Shown one piece after another: positions 36,828 through 51,481 of a stretch of 64,000 nucleotides of DNA. Source of the DNA: Mobula hypostoma (Eukaryota); contig NC_086104.1 in the NCBI RefSeq assembly GCF_963921235.1, positions 42,408,001 through 42,472,000 of the forward strand, in the 5' to 3' direction. Position 1 is the first letter of the stretch. Each line of letters begins with the position of its first letter. A program made the position numbers and the translations under genes. Under the pieces are notes generated by a model. It was given only the letters and a program-made list of their open reading frames with translations, made no database searches and was not told where the DNA came from.

Positions 36828-38250
36828 CAGTTCTGTGCAAAAATCTAAGGCACATGTAAAAACAAATTCTGTAAAACAAAGATACTTTCAAAAATAGTTA
36901 AATGAAAAGTTTCTAAATATCAAAAAATTATTATAAAGAGCAGTAAACTGTAAAAAAAAAACTAAATCAAGTTAATATTTGGTATGGCCTTTAAACCTGC
37001 ATCAATTATCTTAGGTACGTCATGCAGTTTTGTAAGAAAATCAGCTGGTGGTAGTTCTAAGCATCTTGGAGTACTTGCCACAGTTCTTCTGCAGACTTTG
37101 GCTGTCCCGATTGCTTCTGTCTCTCCAGATAATCCCAGACAGCCTCAATGATGTTGAAATCAGTGCTTTGAGGAGACCATATTATCTGTTGCAGAACTCC
37201 TTGTTCTTCGTTTTGCTGAAGATAGTTATTTATGATAGTTGTTTATGTCATGTGTTTGGGGAGATTTGTCCTGCTGCAGAATGAAATTGGGACTGATCAA
37301 GCACTTTCCTGATGGTATTGCATGATGGATAGGAATCTGCTTGTACTTCTCGGCATTGAGGATTCCATTAATTCTGACCAGATCACCAACTCTATTTGTA
37401 GAAATGCAGCCCCAACCCTGCAAGGAACCTCTGCCATACTTCACTGTTGGCTGTGGACACTCATCCATGTAGTGCTCTCCGGCTCTTCTATGGACAAACT
37501 GCATCCCGTTTGAGCCAGAAATTTCATATTTTGACTTGTCTGTCAGAACACTTGCTGCCAATGTTCAGCACCCTAGTCCTTCTGTTTTTATGCTTAGGTG
37601 AGTCTCTTGGCTTTGTTTCTACTTTGGAGGAATGGCTTTTTGGCAGCAATTCTTCCATGAAGAGCACGTCTGACAGAACCTCTCTGGACTGTAGAGTGGT
37701 GTACTTGGGTTTAAGTGATTTTCTGTGAGTTCAGAGCTGATAGCAGTGCTGGACTTCTTCCAATTTAGAAGGGAAGTCAATTTGATGTATCTGTTGTCTG
37801 CTGTACTCAGTTTCCTTGGCTGACCACTGTGTTTCTGGATCTCAACCTTACCCATTTTTTTGCTTTTTCAGAAGAGCTTGGTCAGCATATCTTAAAACTC
37901 CTGTCTGCCACAAAATTTCTGCTTGGGAGTGACCTTGCAAATGCAGGATGACCACCTTGTGTCTTGTTGCTAGGCTCACCCTTGCCATGGTGTTAGAATT
38001 GATTATTTGAAGGTTAAACTGCCACATATGCCACACCCTTACCTCTTAGTTTGGTTGTTCTTCACCCAGTTTGAGTCCTTCTACACCCGTGTCTCTTTCA
38101 GTTAATCAGTTTAGTTCATTCAACTCATTATGTCGTTGATCATTAGCACCTGTTTGTTATCTTTGTTTAATCATGGACTGGGCTGTATATCTACCAAGAA
38201 ATCAAAATTTTATTTGAAAAGTGTTCTATTACTTAATATGTTTTCTCTTT
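36828..38250 (-). mobile_element. Tc1-family transposon, decayed, one end truncated
   Basis: TA|CAGTTCTGTGCAAAAATCT terminus; MARVSLATRHKVVILH, SGQPRKLS, DKSKYE, PTVKYG.GS, FILQQD motifs. Confidence 0.85.
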
Positions 38251-38484
38251 AGAAATTAATGCGCCTCCTTTTTTAGTTAAGGAAATCAGTTCCATGTTTA
38301 GCACTTCAGATATGCTGTCAGTTGTCTCCCAGTTTAGTATTTAACTTGTTTTGAAATTAATGCTATTACTCTTAGCTTTTTTTAAATAACTTGCAGTACT
38401 TGCATACCTCTGCAATTAATGCACTCAGGTATTCAGATTTATTTGCAATCTCAGAACTCTGCTATCTTCTGCCATATAGACCCA

Positions 38485-39065
38485 TCAGAATCAGGTTTAA
38501 TATTACTGAAATACGTCATGAAATTTGCTTTGCAGCAACTGTACAGTGCAATACATTAAAAATTCTTTAAAATACAATAAGAAATATACATAAAACTTAA
38601 ATAATTGGTGCAAATAGTGAGGTTGTGTTCATGGGTTGATTCATTGTCCATTCAGAAATCTGATGGCAGAGGGGAAGAAACTGTTCCTAAAATGTTAAGT
38701 GTGTGTCTTCAGGCTCCTGTATGCTCTGTGATAGTAACAATATGAAGAATGCATGTCCTGGGTGATGGAACTCCTCAATGATGGATGCTGCTTATATGAG
38801 GCATTGCATTTTGAAGATGACCTCTGATGGGGAACTTTTTCCGATCTATTCAGTGGCTGCTCCATTCCAGATGGTGATGCTCTCCACAGTACATCTGTAG
38901 AAATTTGCTAGTCTTTGGTGATGTACCAAATCTGCTTAAATTCCAAATGAAATACGGTCACTGACATGCATTCTTTGTAATTACATCAAGATGTTGGGCC
39001 CAGGATTGATCTTCAGAGATGTTAACATTGAGGAACTTGAAACTACTCAGCCTTTCCACTGGGTC
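38485..39065 (-). mobile_element. Rex1/Babar LINE 3' fragment
   Basis: ATCAGAATCAGG tail and homology to 13125-13852. Confidence 0.75.
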
Positions 39066-39276
39066 CATCCTTAAATCTCTTTGAACCAAGACATTTTATA
39101 ATTGCACTGTTTAAATAATCATTTTTCTCACATTGTAGTCTATTTGCCACATCCTACAGTCACTCATTAACCTATTTAGTTGTAGATTCCTTGTGCCCTT
39201 TTAAATTTTCTTGTCTCCTTATGACAGCAATTTTAGCTGGCGCTTTGAAGAGACTCATTGTTTTTAAGTATATCTA

Positions 39277-39820
39277 CGCTCAGTGGCTACTTTATTAGGT
39301 AGTCACTAATGTACTTCTGTATGTTCGAGTCTTCTGCTGCTGTAGCCCATACACTGTAAATTTCAATGTGTTGTGCATTCATAGATGCTCTTCTGCACAC
39401 AACTGCTATAACATGAGGTTATTTGAGTTATTATCACCTTCCTGTCAACTTGAACCAGTCTGGCCATTTTCCTCTGACTTCTCATTAACAAGGCATTTTT
39501 GCCCATAGAACTGCTGCTCACTGAATTTGCTTTGTTTCTCACACCATCTTCTGTAAACTCTAGAGACGGTTGTGTATAAAAATACCAGTAGATCAGCAGT
39601 TTCTGAGATAGTCTAACCACTCCGTCTGGTACCAACTATCATCCCACAGTTGAAGTCGCTTAGATCACATTTCTTCCCCATTCTGATGTTTTGTCTGAAG
39701 AACAACTGAACTTCTTGACTATGTCTCCATGCTTTTATCCATTGAGTTGCTGCCACATGATTTGCTGATTAAATATTTGCATCAATGAGCAGGGGTACCT
39801 AATAAAGTAGCCACAGAGCG
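39277..39820 (-). mobile_element. Tc1-derived non-autonomous element
   Basis: TIRs CGCTCAGTGGCTACTTTATTAGGTA / TACCTAATAAAGTAGCCACAGAGCG with TA flanks; remnant of transposase N-terminal HTH. Confidence 0.88.
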
Positions 39821-41292
39821 TACATTAAAAGAGCAATGAGCTAATAGATTTATATCAGTTTAAGTGCCATAACAGGCCAGCAACTGCAGATACTGTAGTT
39901 TTCATTGATTTCATACAAAATGTAGGAATCAGACATTAGGAGAAAACTTTAAGATTATCTAAATATGAATAATCCAGATTACTGGAGTTGGTACAGGATG
40001 ATCTTTTCTTAACAGCCTTCTCAAAGTTATCCTTCAAATGAGCTGGATAATGGGAAAGCCAGTCACATGCTATTTCTGTTTAAAAGACATTAAATAGAGA
40101 TGCACACACAACTCAGGATTCGTTGAATAGGAGGTTGCCCTGAAAAAATTGCAAGTAAGGAATGCACATTATAATAATAACTACAGTTGTGGTATGTGCT
40201 GAGTAGAGAAATTCAAAATGATTTGCATTATTATAGTTTTAGTTCAGAAAGAAAATTGATTACTTCCAAACAATACTGATTAAGGCGTTCTAATGCGGTT
40301 ATCAAAGTAATTGGGGAAAATCTACTGAGGCAGAATAATGGCAGATGACATTTAATATAGGGTACAATGCATGAACTTCAACTTATTTTGTGACACAGCA
40401 GCCTGCTTAATTAGTCAGTGGTCCAACACCTGTAAATGATTTAAAGAAAGCTGCATGCACTTTTGTTGATTGGCCTTTAACATCTAACCATTCCAGCTTC
40501 CAGTTTGTTTTCCAGCCCATTTTTAGCTCTTTCCCTCTCTAATTCTCTTCATGAGACCTTTTCTTTCACCTTATTCCCTTTGCCAGCCTCTTCTTCTCCC
40601 TCTTTAATTTGCGTTGTTTTTGAAGCTCTTCATTATTCAGTTTATTTTTTTAAATCCATTTATTCCAACTACTGTTCTAACATTCCTTTACCTAAAGTTA
40701 AACTTCAGCTTGTATTCATCTCTTAAATCTTTATAATCCACTTTATCCCACTTATCTTCCTTCCATCATCTGAATAAACTATTTTCTCTCTGCTGTGTGA
40801 AGTAGTTTTGATTAACTGTTAATCGAGTTACATTGACTATATTTAAGCTGAAATCATAATTCACCTATAAATGCAAAAGCAGACATTAATAATGCCATTT
40901 TGTTATGGGAGAGAAATTTGGCATTTGTGATATTGGATTGATTCAGATATTGTATCCTTTTGTCCCAGTAAACTAATGCACATTCATAATAAAAGTATTG
41001 TATATTGGAGTACACAGTCAATAAATTGAAAAGACGGAAATGTACATAATTTGTTTAAATTCTACTTGCCTGTATACTATGAGCTGAGTTGTGCCATATC
41101 TGAACTGCTTTTCATAATTGCCCCCATGCTTTTCCTGTGGTAGCACTTTTTGTGGCCATAAGGGATCAATCGAGTTGGAGGCCTAGACGCTGCAGCAGCC
41201 CTGTTAGGTAGAACTGGTGAAGAATGGCCCTGCCTCCGGAGACCCTTTTTCCAACTCCTTTAACTGTTCTTTGATAAGCAATTATATTGCTT

Positions 41293-41935
41293 TCAGAATC
41301 CCAACCAGATGTAATACCACCAATATATGTCATGATATTTGTTAACTTTATGGCAACAGTGCAATTAAATATATGATGAATAAATATAGAGAAAAATGAG
41401 TTACATTAAGTATGTAAATGTATATTAAATAGTTAAGTTAAGCATAAGTAGTGCAAAATAACCAATAAAAAAAGTAGTGAGGTCAATGTCCATTTAGAAA
41501 TCGGATGGCAGAGGGAAAAAAGCTGTTCCTGAATCATTGATTGTGTGCCTTTAGGCTTCTGCACCTCCTTCCTGATGGTAACAGTGTGAAGAGGGCATGT
41601 TCTGGGTGGTGGGGACATTGCCTTCCTAAGGCACCGCTCCATGAAGATGTCCTGAATACTGCGGAGGCTGGTACCCATGATAGAGCTAACTAATTTTACA
41701 AGTTTAGGCAGCTCATTTCGATATTGTGCAGTATCCCCCTCATACCAAATGGTGATGCAGCCAGTCAGAATGCTCTCTGTGGTACATTTGTAGAAGTTTT
41801 TGAGTGTTTTAGTTGACAAACGTAAACTTTTCAAACTCCTACTGAAATATAGCTGCTGTCTTGCCTTTATAGCTACATTAATATGTTGTGTCCAGGTTGG
41901 GTCCTCAAAGATATCAACACGCAGGAATGTGAAAG
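41293..41935 (-). mobile_element. Rex1/Babar LINE 3' fragment
   Basis: ORF 41433..41834(-) TLKNFYKCTTESILTGCITIWY. Confidence 0.85.
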
Positions 41936-42020
41936 GAACTTTCTACATAATCCTGCTAAGCATGTGCTAAGATTAATGAAATGTATTACTGCTTAGTGTT
42001 TACTCAAACATTCAATTTAA

Positions 42021-42176
<156 letters not shown>

Positions 42177-42389
42177 TAGATGATGTAAAATGCTCTGAGT
42201 ATTAAGCATTCATGCACGTTGTTGAATATAGATAATTCTCTTTTTAGTAATTTTTCTTTGGATGCTTGGCGTAGTGCACCCATCCTAGTAGTTCAGTATA
42301 AGTTTTGAAAAAAATGTTCAAATTACTTGGTTTGCACTTAGTAACTATTTTAAGTATGTAGAAGTAACATTTATTATCATATGTATAAG

Positions 42390-43450
42390 TACACGTATGC
42401 ACAAGTGTTATACATAAATTATACACAATTTTTATAAAATGGAACCTGATTAGAACAAAAAAAGCCCATTTTAGTGCAAAATGTTGAAAGTGGCCAGAGT
42501 GTTGCTAAACTGTAGAGATTAGGGTTTTGCCAGTTGGTTCAAGAAGTAGCTGTTTTTGAAGCTTGTGGTGTGGGACTTCAGAATTCTGTACTTCTTTCTC
42601 AATGGTAGCTGTGAAAGGATAGCATTGGCTATATGGTGGGGATCTTTTGCAATGGATATTGCCGCCTTGAGGCAACATCTCCTGTAGATACTGCCGATGG
42701 TGGGAAGGAATGTTCCTAAAGTGGGCAGAGTCCGCTAATCTTTGAGCTCACTGTGGTCCTTGCTTTCAAAATGCCGTGCCAGACCATGATGCGACCAGTT
42801 AGGAGACTTTCAGCAGTACATCTGTAGAAAGTGAGTGTTCTGTGACAAGCTGAACCTCCTAAGAAAGTAAAGGTGCTGGGCTCAGGGCAAGTCACCAGCT
42901 ATGTCAGCCTCCAGGAATTTAAAGCTTCCAATTTCCTCAATATAGTCCCATGCATTCACCATTCTTTTCTTCCTGATCGCAAGTCAGGTCTTTAGTTTTG
43001 CTGATGTTGAGTGAGTGGTTGTTATGGCACTGCTCAACCATGTGTCCTATCTTACTCTGGCAAGCTGACTCATTGCCAGCTGTGGTTCATCCAGCAGCAG
43101 TAATGTCATTGACATATTTGAAGTTGGTATTGAATCTGTGCTTCGCTACTCGGCCATGTTTGAATAAGGAATAGAGGAGGGGACTAAGTGCACGGCCTTG
43201 AGGTGCACCTGTGTTGGTGGTCACTGAGGAGAATACGCTACTAATCCTGAAGGTCTTCTGATGAGGAAATCAAGTATCCAGTTGCAGAGTGAGGGACAGA
43301 GACCCATGTCTGTTAGCTTGATGATGAATTGGGATGGGATGATTGTGTTGTATGTAAGGCTTTAATCAACAAACAGCAGCCTGAATGTGATCCAGTGCAG
43401 AAAGAATCACGTCTGCTGTTGAACTGTTGTGGCACTAACAAAGTTATGCA
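42390..43450 (-). mobile_element. Old Rex1/L2-like LINE fragment
   Basis: Degenerate similarity to the Rex1 copies (reverse G.PQG.VL.PLL.S near 43170-43212); approximate. Confidence 0.55.
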
Positions 43451-43714
43451 GATCCAGTTTACATATTAACAACCATCAGATTTCTACTGTAATAGTAGAT
43501 TATTTTCTTTAATCAATGTATGTTTTGCGCCTACTATTGCATTCCATAACATATAGCAAAATATTCCTGGTACAGGATAGTAAATAATCTAGCCTCTGGG
43601 CACGAGAGAAACAGACCAAGTTTGGTGAAAATTTTAAGTAAATACCCACGGTTGATTCATTTTCTTCAAAACAAGATTGCATTGCTTGGAAGTGACACAT
43701 GCCATATATAGAAC

Positions 43715-45239
43715 CATAGAACCGTAGAAACTACAGCACAGAAACAGGCCCTTTGGCCCTTCTTGGCTGTGCCGAACTATTTTCTGCCTAGTCCCACTGA
43801 CCTGCACACAGACCATATCCCTCCATACACCTCCCATCCATGTATCTGTCCAATTTATTCTTAAATGTTAAAAGAGAACCCGCATTTACCACCTCGTCTG
43901 CAGCTCATTCCATACTCCCACCACTCTCTGTGTGAAGTTCCCTTTAAACTTTTCCCCCCTCACCCTTAACCCATGTCCTCCGGTTTTTTTTCTCCCCTTG
44001 CCTCAGTGGAAAAAGCCTGCTTGCATTCACTCTATCTATACCCATCATAATTTTATATACCTCTATCAAATCTCCCCTCATTCTTCTACGCTCCAGGGAA
44101 TAAAGTCCTAACCTATTCAACCTTTCTCTGTAACTGAGTTTCTCAAGTCCCGGCAACATCCTTGTAAACCTTCTCTGCACTTTTCAACCTTATTTATATC
44201 CTTCCTGTAATTTGGTGACCAAAACTGAACACAATACTCCAGATTCGGCCTCACCAATGCCTTATACAACCTCATCATAACATTCCAGCTTTTATACTCA
44301 ATACTTCGATTAATAAAGGCCAATGTACCAAAAGCTCTCTTTACGACCCTATCTACCTGTGACGACACTTTTAGGGAATTTTGTATCTGTAGCCCCAGAT
44401 CCCTCTGTTCCACTGCACTCCTCAGTGCCTTACTATTAACCCTGTATGTTCTACGTTGGTTTGTCCTTCCAACGTGCAATACCTCACACTTGTCAGTATT
44501 AAACTCCATCTGCTATTTTTCAGCCCATTTTTCCAGCTGGTCCAAGTCCCTCTGCAGGCTCTGAAAACCTTCCTCACTGTCTACTACACCTCCAATCTTT
44601 GTATCATCAGCAAACTTGCTGATCCAATTTACCACATTATCATCCAGATCATTGATATAGATGACAAATAACAATGGACCCAGCACTGATCCCTGTGTCA
44701 CACCACTAGTCACAGGCCTCCACTCAGAGAAGCAATTCTCTACCACCACTCTCTGGCTTCTTCCATCGAGCCAATGTCTAATCCAATTTACCACCTCTCC
44801 ATGTATACCTAGCGACTGAATTTTCCTAACTAACCTCCCATGCAGGACCTTGTCAAAGGCCTTACTGAAGTCCATGTAGACAATATCCACTGCCTTCCCT
44901 TCATCCACTTTCCTGGTAACCTCCTCGAAAAACTCCAACAGATTGGTCAAACATGACCTACCATGCTCAAAGCCATGTACACTCTCCCTAATAAGCCCCT
45001 GTCTATCCAAATGCTTGTAGATTCTGTCTCTTAGTACTCCCTCCAATAACTTACCTACTACCGACGTTAAACTCACCGGCCTATAATTTCCCGGATTACT
45101 TTTCGATCCTTTTTTAAACAACGGAACAACATGAGCCACTCTCCAATCCTCCGGCACCTCACTTGTAGACAGCGACATTTTAAATATTTCTGCCAGGGCC
45201 CCCGCAATTTCAACACTAGTCTCCTTCAAGGTCCTTCAA
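43715..45239 (-). mobile_element. 5'-truncated, relatively young CR1 LINE
   Basis: ORFs 44513..45229 and 44117..44509 (YRPVSLTSVVGK, YMDFSKAFDKV, FADDTK); (GGTTCTAT)n tail; TSD ATATATAGAAC 43704-43714 / ATATGTAGAAC 45296-45306. Confidence 0.95.
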
Positions 45240-45855
45240 GCTATGTATTATACTCTGTTCTGGATAACAGTAACTTGGCTTGATTGCTAACTAGAATATG
45301 TAGAACTATTGAAGACGTATTTTATTTCAGCCTGCCGTGTATGTTCGTATCCATCTATTTCAAATAAACTGGCTTGTGGGGAGAAAATAATGAACTTTTG
45401 TGCTGTCTGTCTGCGGTAAAAATGTTTGAAAAGCATATTAATCACTATTAAAGAAGGAGCACAGTGATTCCTTGTATACAGCATATCTGCTTATTTGTTT
45501 TGGAATGGTTCTATGCAATCTTGTGTGAATATTTCCAGTGGGAAAATGTCAACAGCTTCTCAGCAACTTTTGGTTTGCAAAAGTTAACCATTGACTGCAA
45601 AGGTATTTTACCTTGTTACTTAAAAATGATTAGAATGAATAGGATCAGCTTTGTTTTGCCATCCCAGTGAGAGAATGGATTTGTAAGTGCTCTTATGTAA
45701 GTTTTCCAATTTGAGGAGTTGTTTTTTTTTTAATTGCTATGTATTATACTCTGTTCTGGATAACAGTAACTTGGCTTGATTGCTAACTAGAATTGTATTT
45801 TCCATTTCCTTCTTTCCCACCTCTTCTCCCTCTCTCCTTCCCACCCTCCATGAAG

Positions 45856-45955
45856 CATGAAGAACTGAGTATTTTATATCCATTTGCTCTTGTGACAATA
45901 GATGGATTCAGCCTCTTTCAGTCTCTTCGTGCCTGTCGAAACCAAGTAGCACGAG
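45856..45955 (+). CDS. RAB3GAP2: RAB3GAP2 exon 8
   Basis: [33 protein letters not shown]; aag| acceptor after a long pyrimidine tract; 100 bp. Confidence 0.95.
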
Positions 45956-47229
45956 GTAATTTTTATTTATAAAGTATTTTAACCAGTAGAATTGTATCTA
46001 CAGTAAGATTTTAAAATTACCTTCTGGGTTGTGTTTGAAAGGTTCATGCTAAGTTTATATTCTTGGCATAATTGAAGTTTTTGAGTTGTTATACTCAAGG
46101 TCTTTTGATTAATGTTCCATTAGTATGCTTCTGCAAAAACTTGATTTACAAGTTTCTCAAACTCTACAATAGTGATTTTCATATTCATAGTTAAGTAAGT
46201 TGAACCTACAATTTATAAAATAATTTTGTACAAATATTAGTTTGAATACAAAGTGTATGAAATACAGAAAAATAGAAATGATGTATGGATCTTTTTGACA
46301 GTGTGTTGAAAATGTAACATTGTGTGACAATATAACAAAACAATTATTCTGGCAGGATTATGACTCATTTTAAAAGCGTTATCATGCATTTACTTCATCA
46401 CAATGTAAACCCTTTTATTTCAGTTTTGTAACTGAAGGATTTTTGAATGCTTTATTGTAATGTGCATGACTGTGTCTTCATGGTGTAACCACAAAGGTCA
46501 AGATTACTGCCCAATTAGCATGTTTAGGATTAACATTAGGCTGCTTTATTGTGGGGAGGGGTACTTGTGTATAGAGTAAGTATTTAACCATTGTAAGAAG
46601 GGAAGCTCTATTCATGGTTAGTTCAAAATCGTTCAACACCTTTAGTAACATCAGAACCTAACAATTAAGAGAAAGCCTACGGTCTTTTGAGTGTGCTGCG
46701 CCATACATTAAGATTATGGATGATTTGATTTTGGCTTCATCCAATTACGCATGGTTACTCTATTGTCCAAAATTAGTTCTTTGTAATCCAGACCAGTACT
46801 ATGGGCATGCAGACCCATTCATCAGCGACATTCCTTAAACCACGAGTTAAAATGGTGATATTTGAAGATCATTGTAAAAGTTCAGTTCCATTCACAGCTC
46901 CTCAAGGAATGAAGCAGACGATTGTTGCACGTAGCAAGAACCAGATAATATTTCAATAGGGACTGTAAGTGGCAGGTAGCATTTGAAAAAATGCCAACAC
47001 TGAACCATCTCCAACTAAGAAAGCCTAACCCACTTTGATATTTAATTGAGTTACTGTTGCCAAATCTATCATTATCTATCCTGTTAGAGATTGGGAGTGC
47101 AATGCAAATATGTTTGCTGCAAGAACAAATAAAAGATTGGGTAGAATGACATTCTGAACCCCGAAGCCATTCCATCACCGATAAGGTACAAGTTGGGTGT
47201 GTGTTTTCTCATGTTTGCATTTGACATAG

Positions 47230-47515
47230 ACTGTGGCTATTTGGCCCGTTGAATCTATGCATGCTCTCAGCTTGATCTCCTATTTCACTTATTTTCCTGT
47301 AGCTTAGTCTCTCTCATGAATTCATTTACTCCTTCCTGATTGTCATCACACATGCACACTGATGATAACTAGCTAATTACCACCAGCATACTTTTGAAAT
47401 ATGCAAGGAAATGGGAATGCCCAGGTGAAATGCTTGTGGTCACAGGAGACTCTGCAATCTCCACACAGATTGCCTTGGAGGTTGGGATGAAATATGGGTT
47501 GCTGGAGCTGGGTTT
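47230..47515 (-). mobile_element. Degenerate HE1-type tRNA-derived V-SINE
   Basis: Decayed similarity to the copy at 51925-52270. Confidence 0.5.
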
Positions 47516-48206
47516 CTTGTCAATTACTTCAAATTGTCTGTGATGGAGTACTTGCCACTTGCCTTGATGAGTGCAGGTCTAACAACTCAAGAAGCTTCAC
47601 AGCAGCAGAGTGATTGGCACTCCAGTCACTGTACTTAACCTTGACTGTTTCCAAGACCATGTTTGCATGTGTCATCTGAATATGCACTGCATTTAGGTTA
47701 CTGTAACAACATTTCCCAAACCGCTGACCTCTTGAAGGACAAGGGGAGTACGTGCATGGGAATATTATTACTTACAGGGTCCTGTCCAAGCTTGGAAATT
47801 ATGTTGGTGTTTTCTTCATTGTCGCTGGACCTAAGTCTTAGGACCTGCCTGTCTGCATTATTATGGTGACTCCCTCCATCATCACCTTGAGGGTAATAAG
47901 GCAGTAAAAACAAGTATTGCCAGTAACAGTGGCATTCTGAGAAATGTACTTGAAAAGCAATGCATCAGACAGTTAAAACTCACTAATTTTGTGCTTCTTG
48001 CATTAACACATTTCTCAGTTTTTTTTTTGTAATCTAGTGTTGTTAATTTGGGCATTTTCAGCAATTTTTTTACTTGTATTATATACCATTCTCCTAATAT
48101 GTGAACTTTGTAGGGTTAAAGTGTGCAAAATGGATAATTTTGGTCTGTTCCTCACAAACAACATAATTTGCTAACTTTTTTGCTGCTATGTATTTGTTTC
48201 ATACAG

Positions 48207-48305
48207 CTGCAGCTTCGGGCGCTGAAACCGTGCAGCCTCCACCTTTAACATACAAAAAATGGGGTTTACAGGACACTGATATGATTGTGGACCATATAAG
48301 CGTAG
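48207..48305 (+). CDS. RAB3GAP2: RAB3GAP2 exon 9
   Basis: (A)[32 protein letters not shown](G); 99 bp. Confidence 0.96.
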
Positions 48306-48566
48306 GTAATATAAACATTTTTTCACATTAGAAGAAATTTGCAGAGGAATGACATTAAAAATAGTTTATTTCTGTGAGGAAGTATTAGATTTACTTTTTG
48401 GCACAAGTTGCAATAGTTTCTATAAATGGCACATGCATATCATTAACCAGCAAGAGAACTGAGCCCTGCAGAGGCTGTGGTTTAACTCGGACATCCAGCA
48501 TAACATTGATAGAAGTTGTGGAGAGATCTGAAACATTAGTCTATTTGATTTGTAATGTTGATCAAG

Positions 48567-49713
48567 GATTTTAGTAAGGCATTTGACAAGGTTCCACACA
48601 GTAGGCTTATTCAGAAAGTCAGAAGGTATGGGATCCAGGGAAGTTTGGCTGGGTGGATTCTGAATTGGCTTGCCTGCACAAGGCAGAGGGTTGTGGTGGA
48701 GGGAGTACATTTGGATTGGAGGGTTGTGACTAGTGGTGTCCCACAAGGATCGGTTCTGGGACCTCTACTTTTCGTGATTTTTATTAACGACTTGGATGTG
48801 AGGGTAGAAGGGCGGGTTGACAAGTTTGCAGACAACACTAAGGTTGGTGGTGGTGTGGATAGGGTAGAGGATTGGCGAAGATTGCAGAGACACATTGATA
48901 GGTTGCAGAAGTGGGCTGAGAAGTGGCAGATGGAGTTCAACCCGGAGAAGTGTGAGGTGGTACACTTTGGAAGGATAAACTCCAAGGCAGAGTACAAGGT
49001 AAATGGCAGGATACTTGGTGGTGTGGAGGAGCAGAGGGATCTGGGGGTACATGTCCACAGATCCCTGAAAGTTGCCTCACAGGTAGATAGGGTAGTTAAG
49101 AAAGCTTATAGGGTGTTAGCTTTCATAAATCGAGGGTTAGAGTTTAACAGACGCGAGTTAATGATGCAGCTCTATAAAACTCTGGTTAGGCCACACTTGG
49201 AGTACTGTGTCCAGTTCTGGTCGCCTCACTATAGGAAGGATGTGGAAGCATTGGAAGGGGTACAGAGGAGATTTACCAGGATGCTGCCTGGTTTAGAGAG
49301 TATGCATTATGATTCAGAGAGTAAGGGAGCTAGGGCTTTACTCTTTGGAGAGAAGGAGGATGAGAGGAGACATGATAGAGGTGTACATGATAATAAGAGG
49401 AATAGATAGAGTGGACAGCCAGCATCTCTTCCCCAGGGCACCACTGTTCAATATAAGAGGACATGGCTTTAAGGTAAGGGGTGGGAAGTTCAAGGGGGAT
49501 ATTAGAGAAAGGTTTTTTTACTCAGAGAGTGGTTGGTGCGTGGAATGCACTGCCTGAGTCAGTGATGGAGGCAGATACACTAGTGAAATTTAAGAGACTA
49601 CTAGACAGGTATATGGAGGAATTTAAGGTGGGGGGATATATGGGAGGCAGGGTTTAAGGGTCGGCACAACATTGTGGGCCGAAGGGCCTGTACTGTGCTG
49701 TACTGTTCTATGA
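48567..49713 (+). mobile_element. 5'-truncated CR1 LINE
   Basis: ORF 48555..49409 DFSKAFDKVPH...GVPQGSVLGP...LVRPHLEYCVQFWSP; tail GTTCTATG. Confidence 0.95.
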
Positions 49714-50859
49714 TCTATTGGAACCTTTGATAAGAAGTGAAATGCTAATATGATAAACAACTAAAAAATGGTGTTCAACTTAAATCTTCAATTAATTTAA
49801 GGACTCTCAAAAGTGAGACACCCTCCAATAACAATCAGGGTTTCGGTATTTATGAATTACATTGATGATGAATGTTTTTTTTATTTGTCCCCACCTAACA
49901 CCCTCCCCATCCTAAAACCCTAATCAGGAAAAAGGAAATGGTAACATATTCCAGAAAGTAGACGTTTACAGGAGAGAGAAAAAAAAAAGTTGATCTCAAT
50001 TTCATTTTATAAACTGGAATTACCTGATCTTAGTAAAACTTCTGTTTCACAGAGGAGATGTAATGTCGAATTTAATATTAATAATTAATGTCTCAGAATA
50101 CACCAGTCTTCGAAAATGTATTTGTTCAGAAGTAATGGTGATTGTTCAGTACTTTAGATTCAAATTTTACTTGATAAATATTTCTCTTAGTTCCCTTTGA
50201 TGTTGGAGTCAGTTATGAATTCTTCAGTGTTACCTTTTTCCTCCAGTTTATAAGTTTGTGTTGCAATTAACTTCGATATTTTCAGTAGGGTATATGCTTC
50301 AATATGTAGAGATGGGGAAATCAGTGTATTACAGTTATTGGCTAGGTTAGTTAGTTACAGTGGCAGTTTCAATTCATTTAAAACCCTTAACATAACAAAA
50401 CCTCATGAGGTAATTTTGTAACAATATTTTCAAGTAGCTGCATGAGGCAAAATGTTACTTGCCTAAAAGCTTGGTCTAACCACTAGCTTTAAAGGAACGT
50501 CCTAAAGGAATTATGATTATTAGAAGCAGAAGGGTTGAAGGGTAAAATGTTTGGGTTTGTGCATGGTTTAACTGTCAAATCTGCTGCCATAAAATGAATG
50601 GACTTTAATTGAGTGAAGGGTTTCAATTGTTTTCAGTGCTGTGCTGAAGCATTTATAAATGCATACTTACTTTCAACATTGTAAAAATACCACTCTGGAG
50701 CAACATTATTTTGAAATTGATTTGCATGATGTGCTCTCATTTTCTTTCAATACTTTGAATATACAGTATGTTGCTACCCTGTCCTTTTTTTTGGAAGCAG
50801 ATATTTGCAGTATGGAACATATTTTCATGGGTCATAATTTTCTTTCTCTTTTATGCCAG

Positions 50860-51008
50860 GAATCATGACACTGTGTCCATTTGATCAGTTGAAGACTGCC
50901 TCTATTTTAGGCGGAGTAAATGCCACTGTAAAGAGCAGCCCACCAGCCATGTCATCACATGTAACAGTTGGTTCTGGTCCATTCACAGGGTTTTTCTATG
51001 CTTTGGAG
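50860..51008 (+). CDS. RAB3GAP2: RAB3GAP2 exon 10
   Basis: [49 protein letters not shown]; 149 bp. Confidence 0.96.
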
Positions 51009-51203
51009 GTATGAGTATTTATGACTTTGTATTTATTTAAATTACTTCTCATACATTTTGTGTATTGTAAGTAATGAATTAATTGAACAAATGTTTCAAA
51101 TAAATACTTTAAATTTAGAATTAAAATATTTATCTGCAAATACATCTATGCTGGAAAGCAATTGTAATTCAAAGGTCGAGCATCTTAAGGATCTTTCTGA
51201 TAT

Positions 51204-51481
<278 letters not shown>

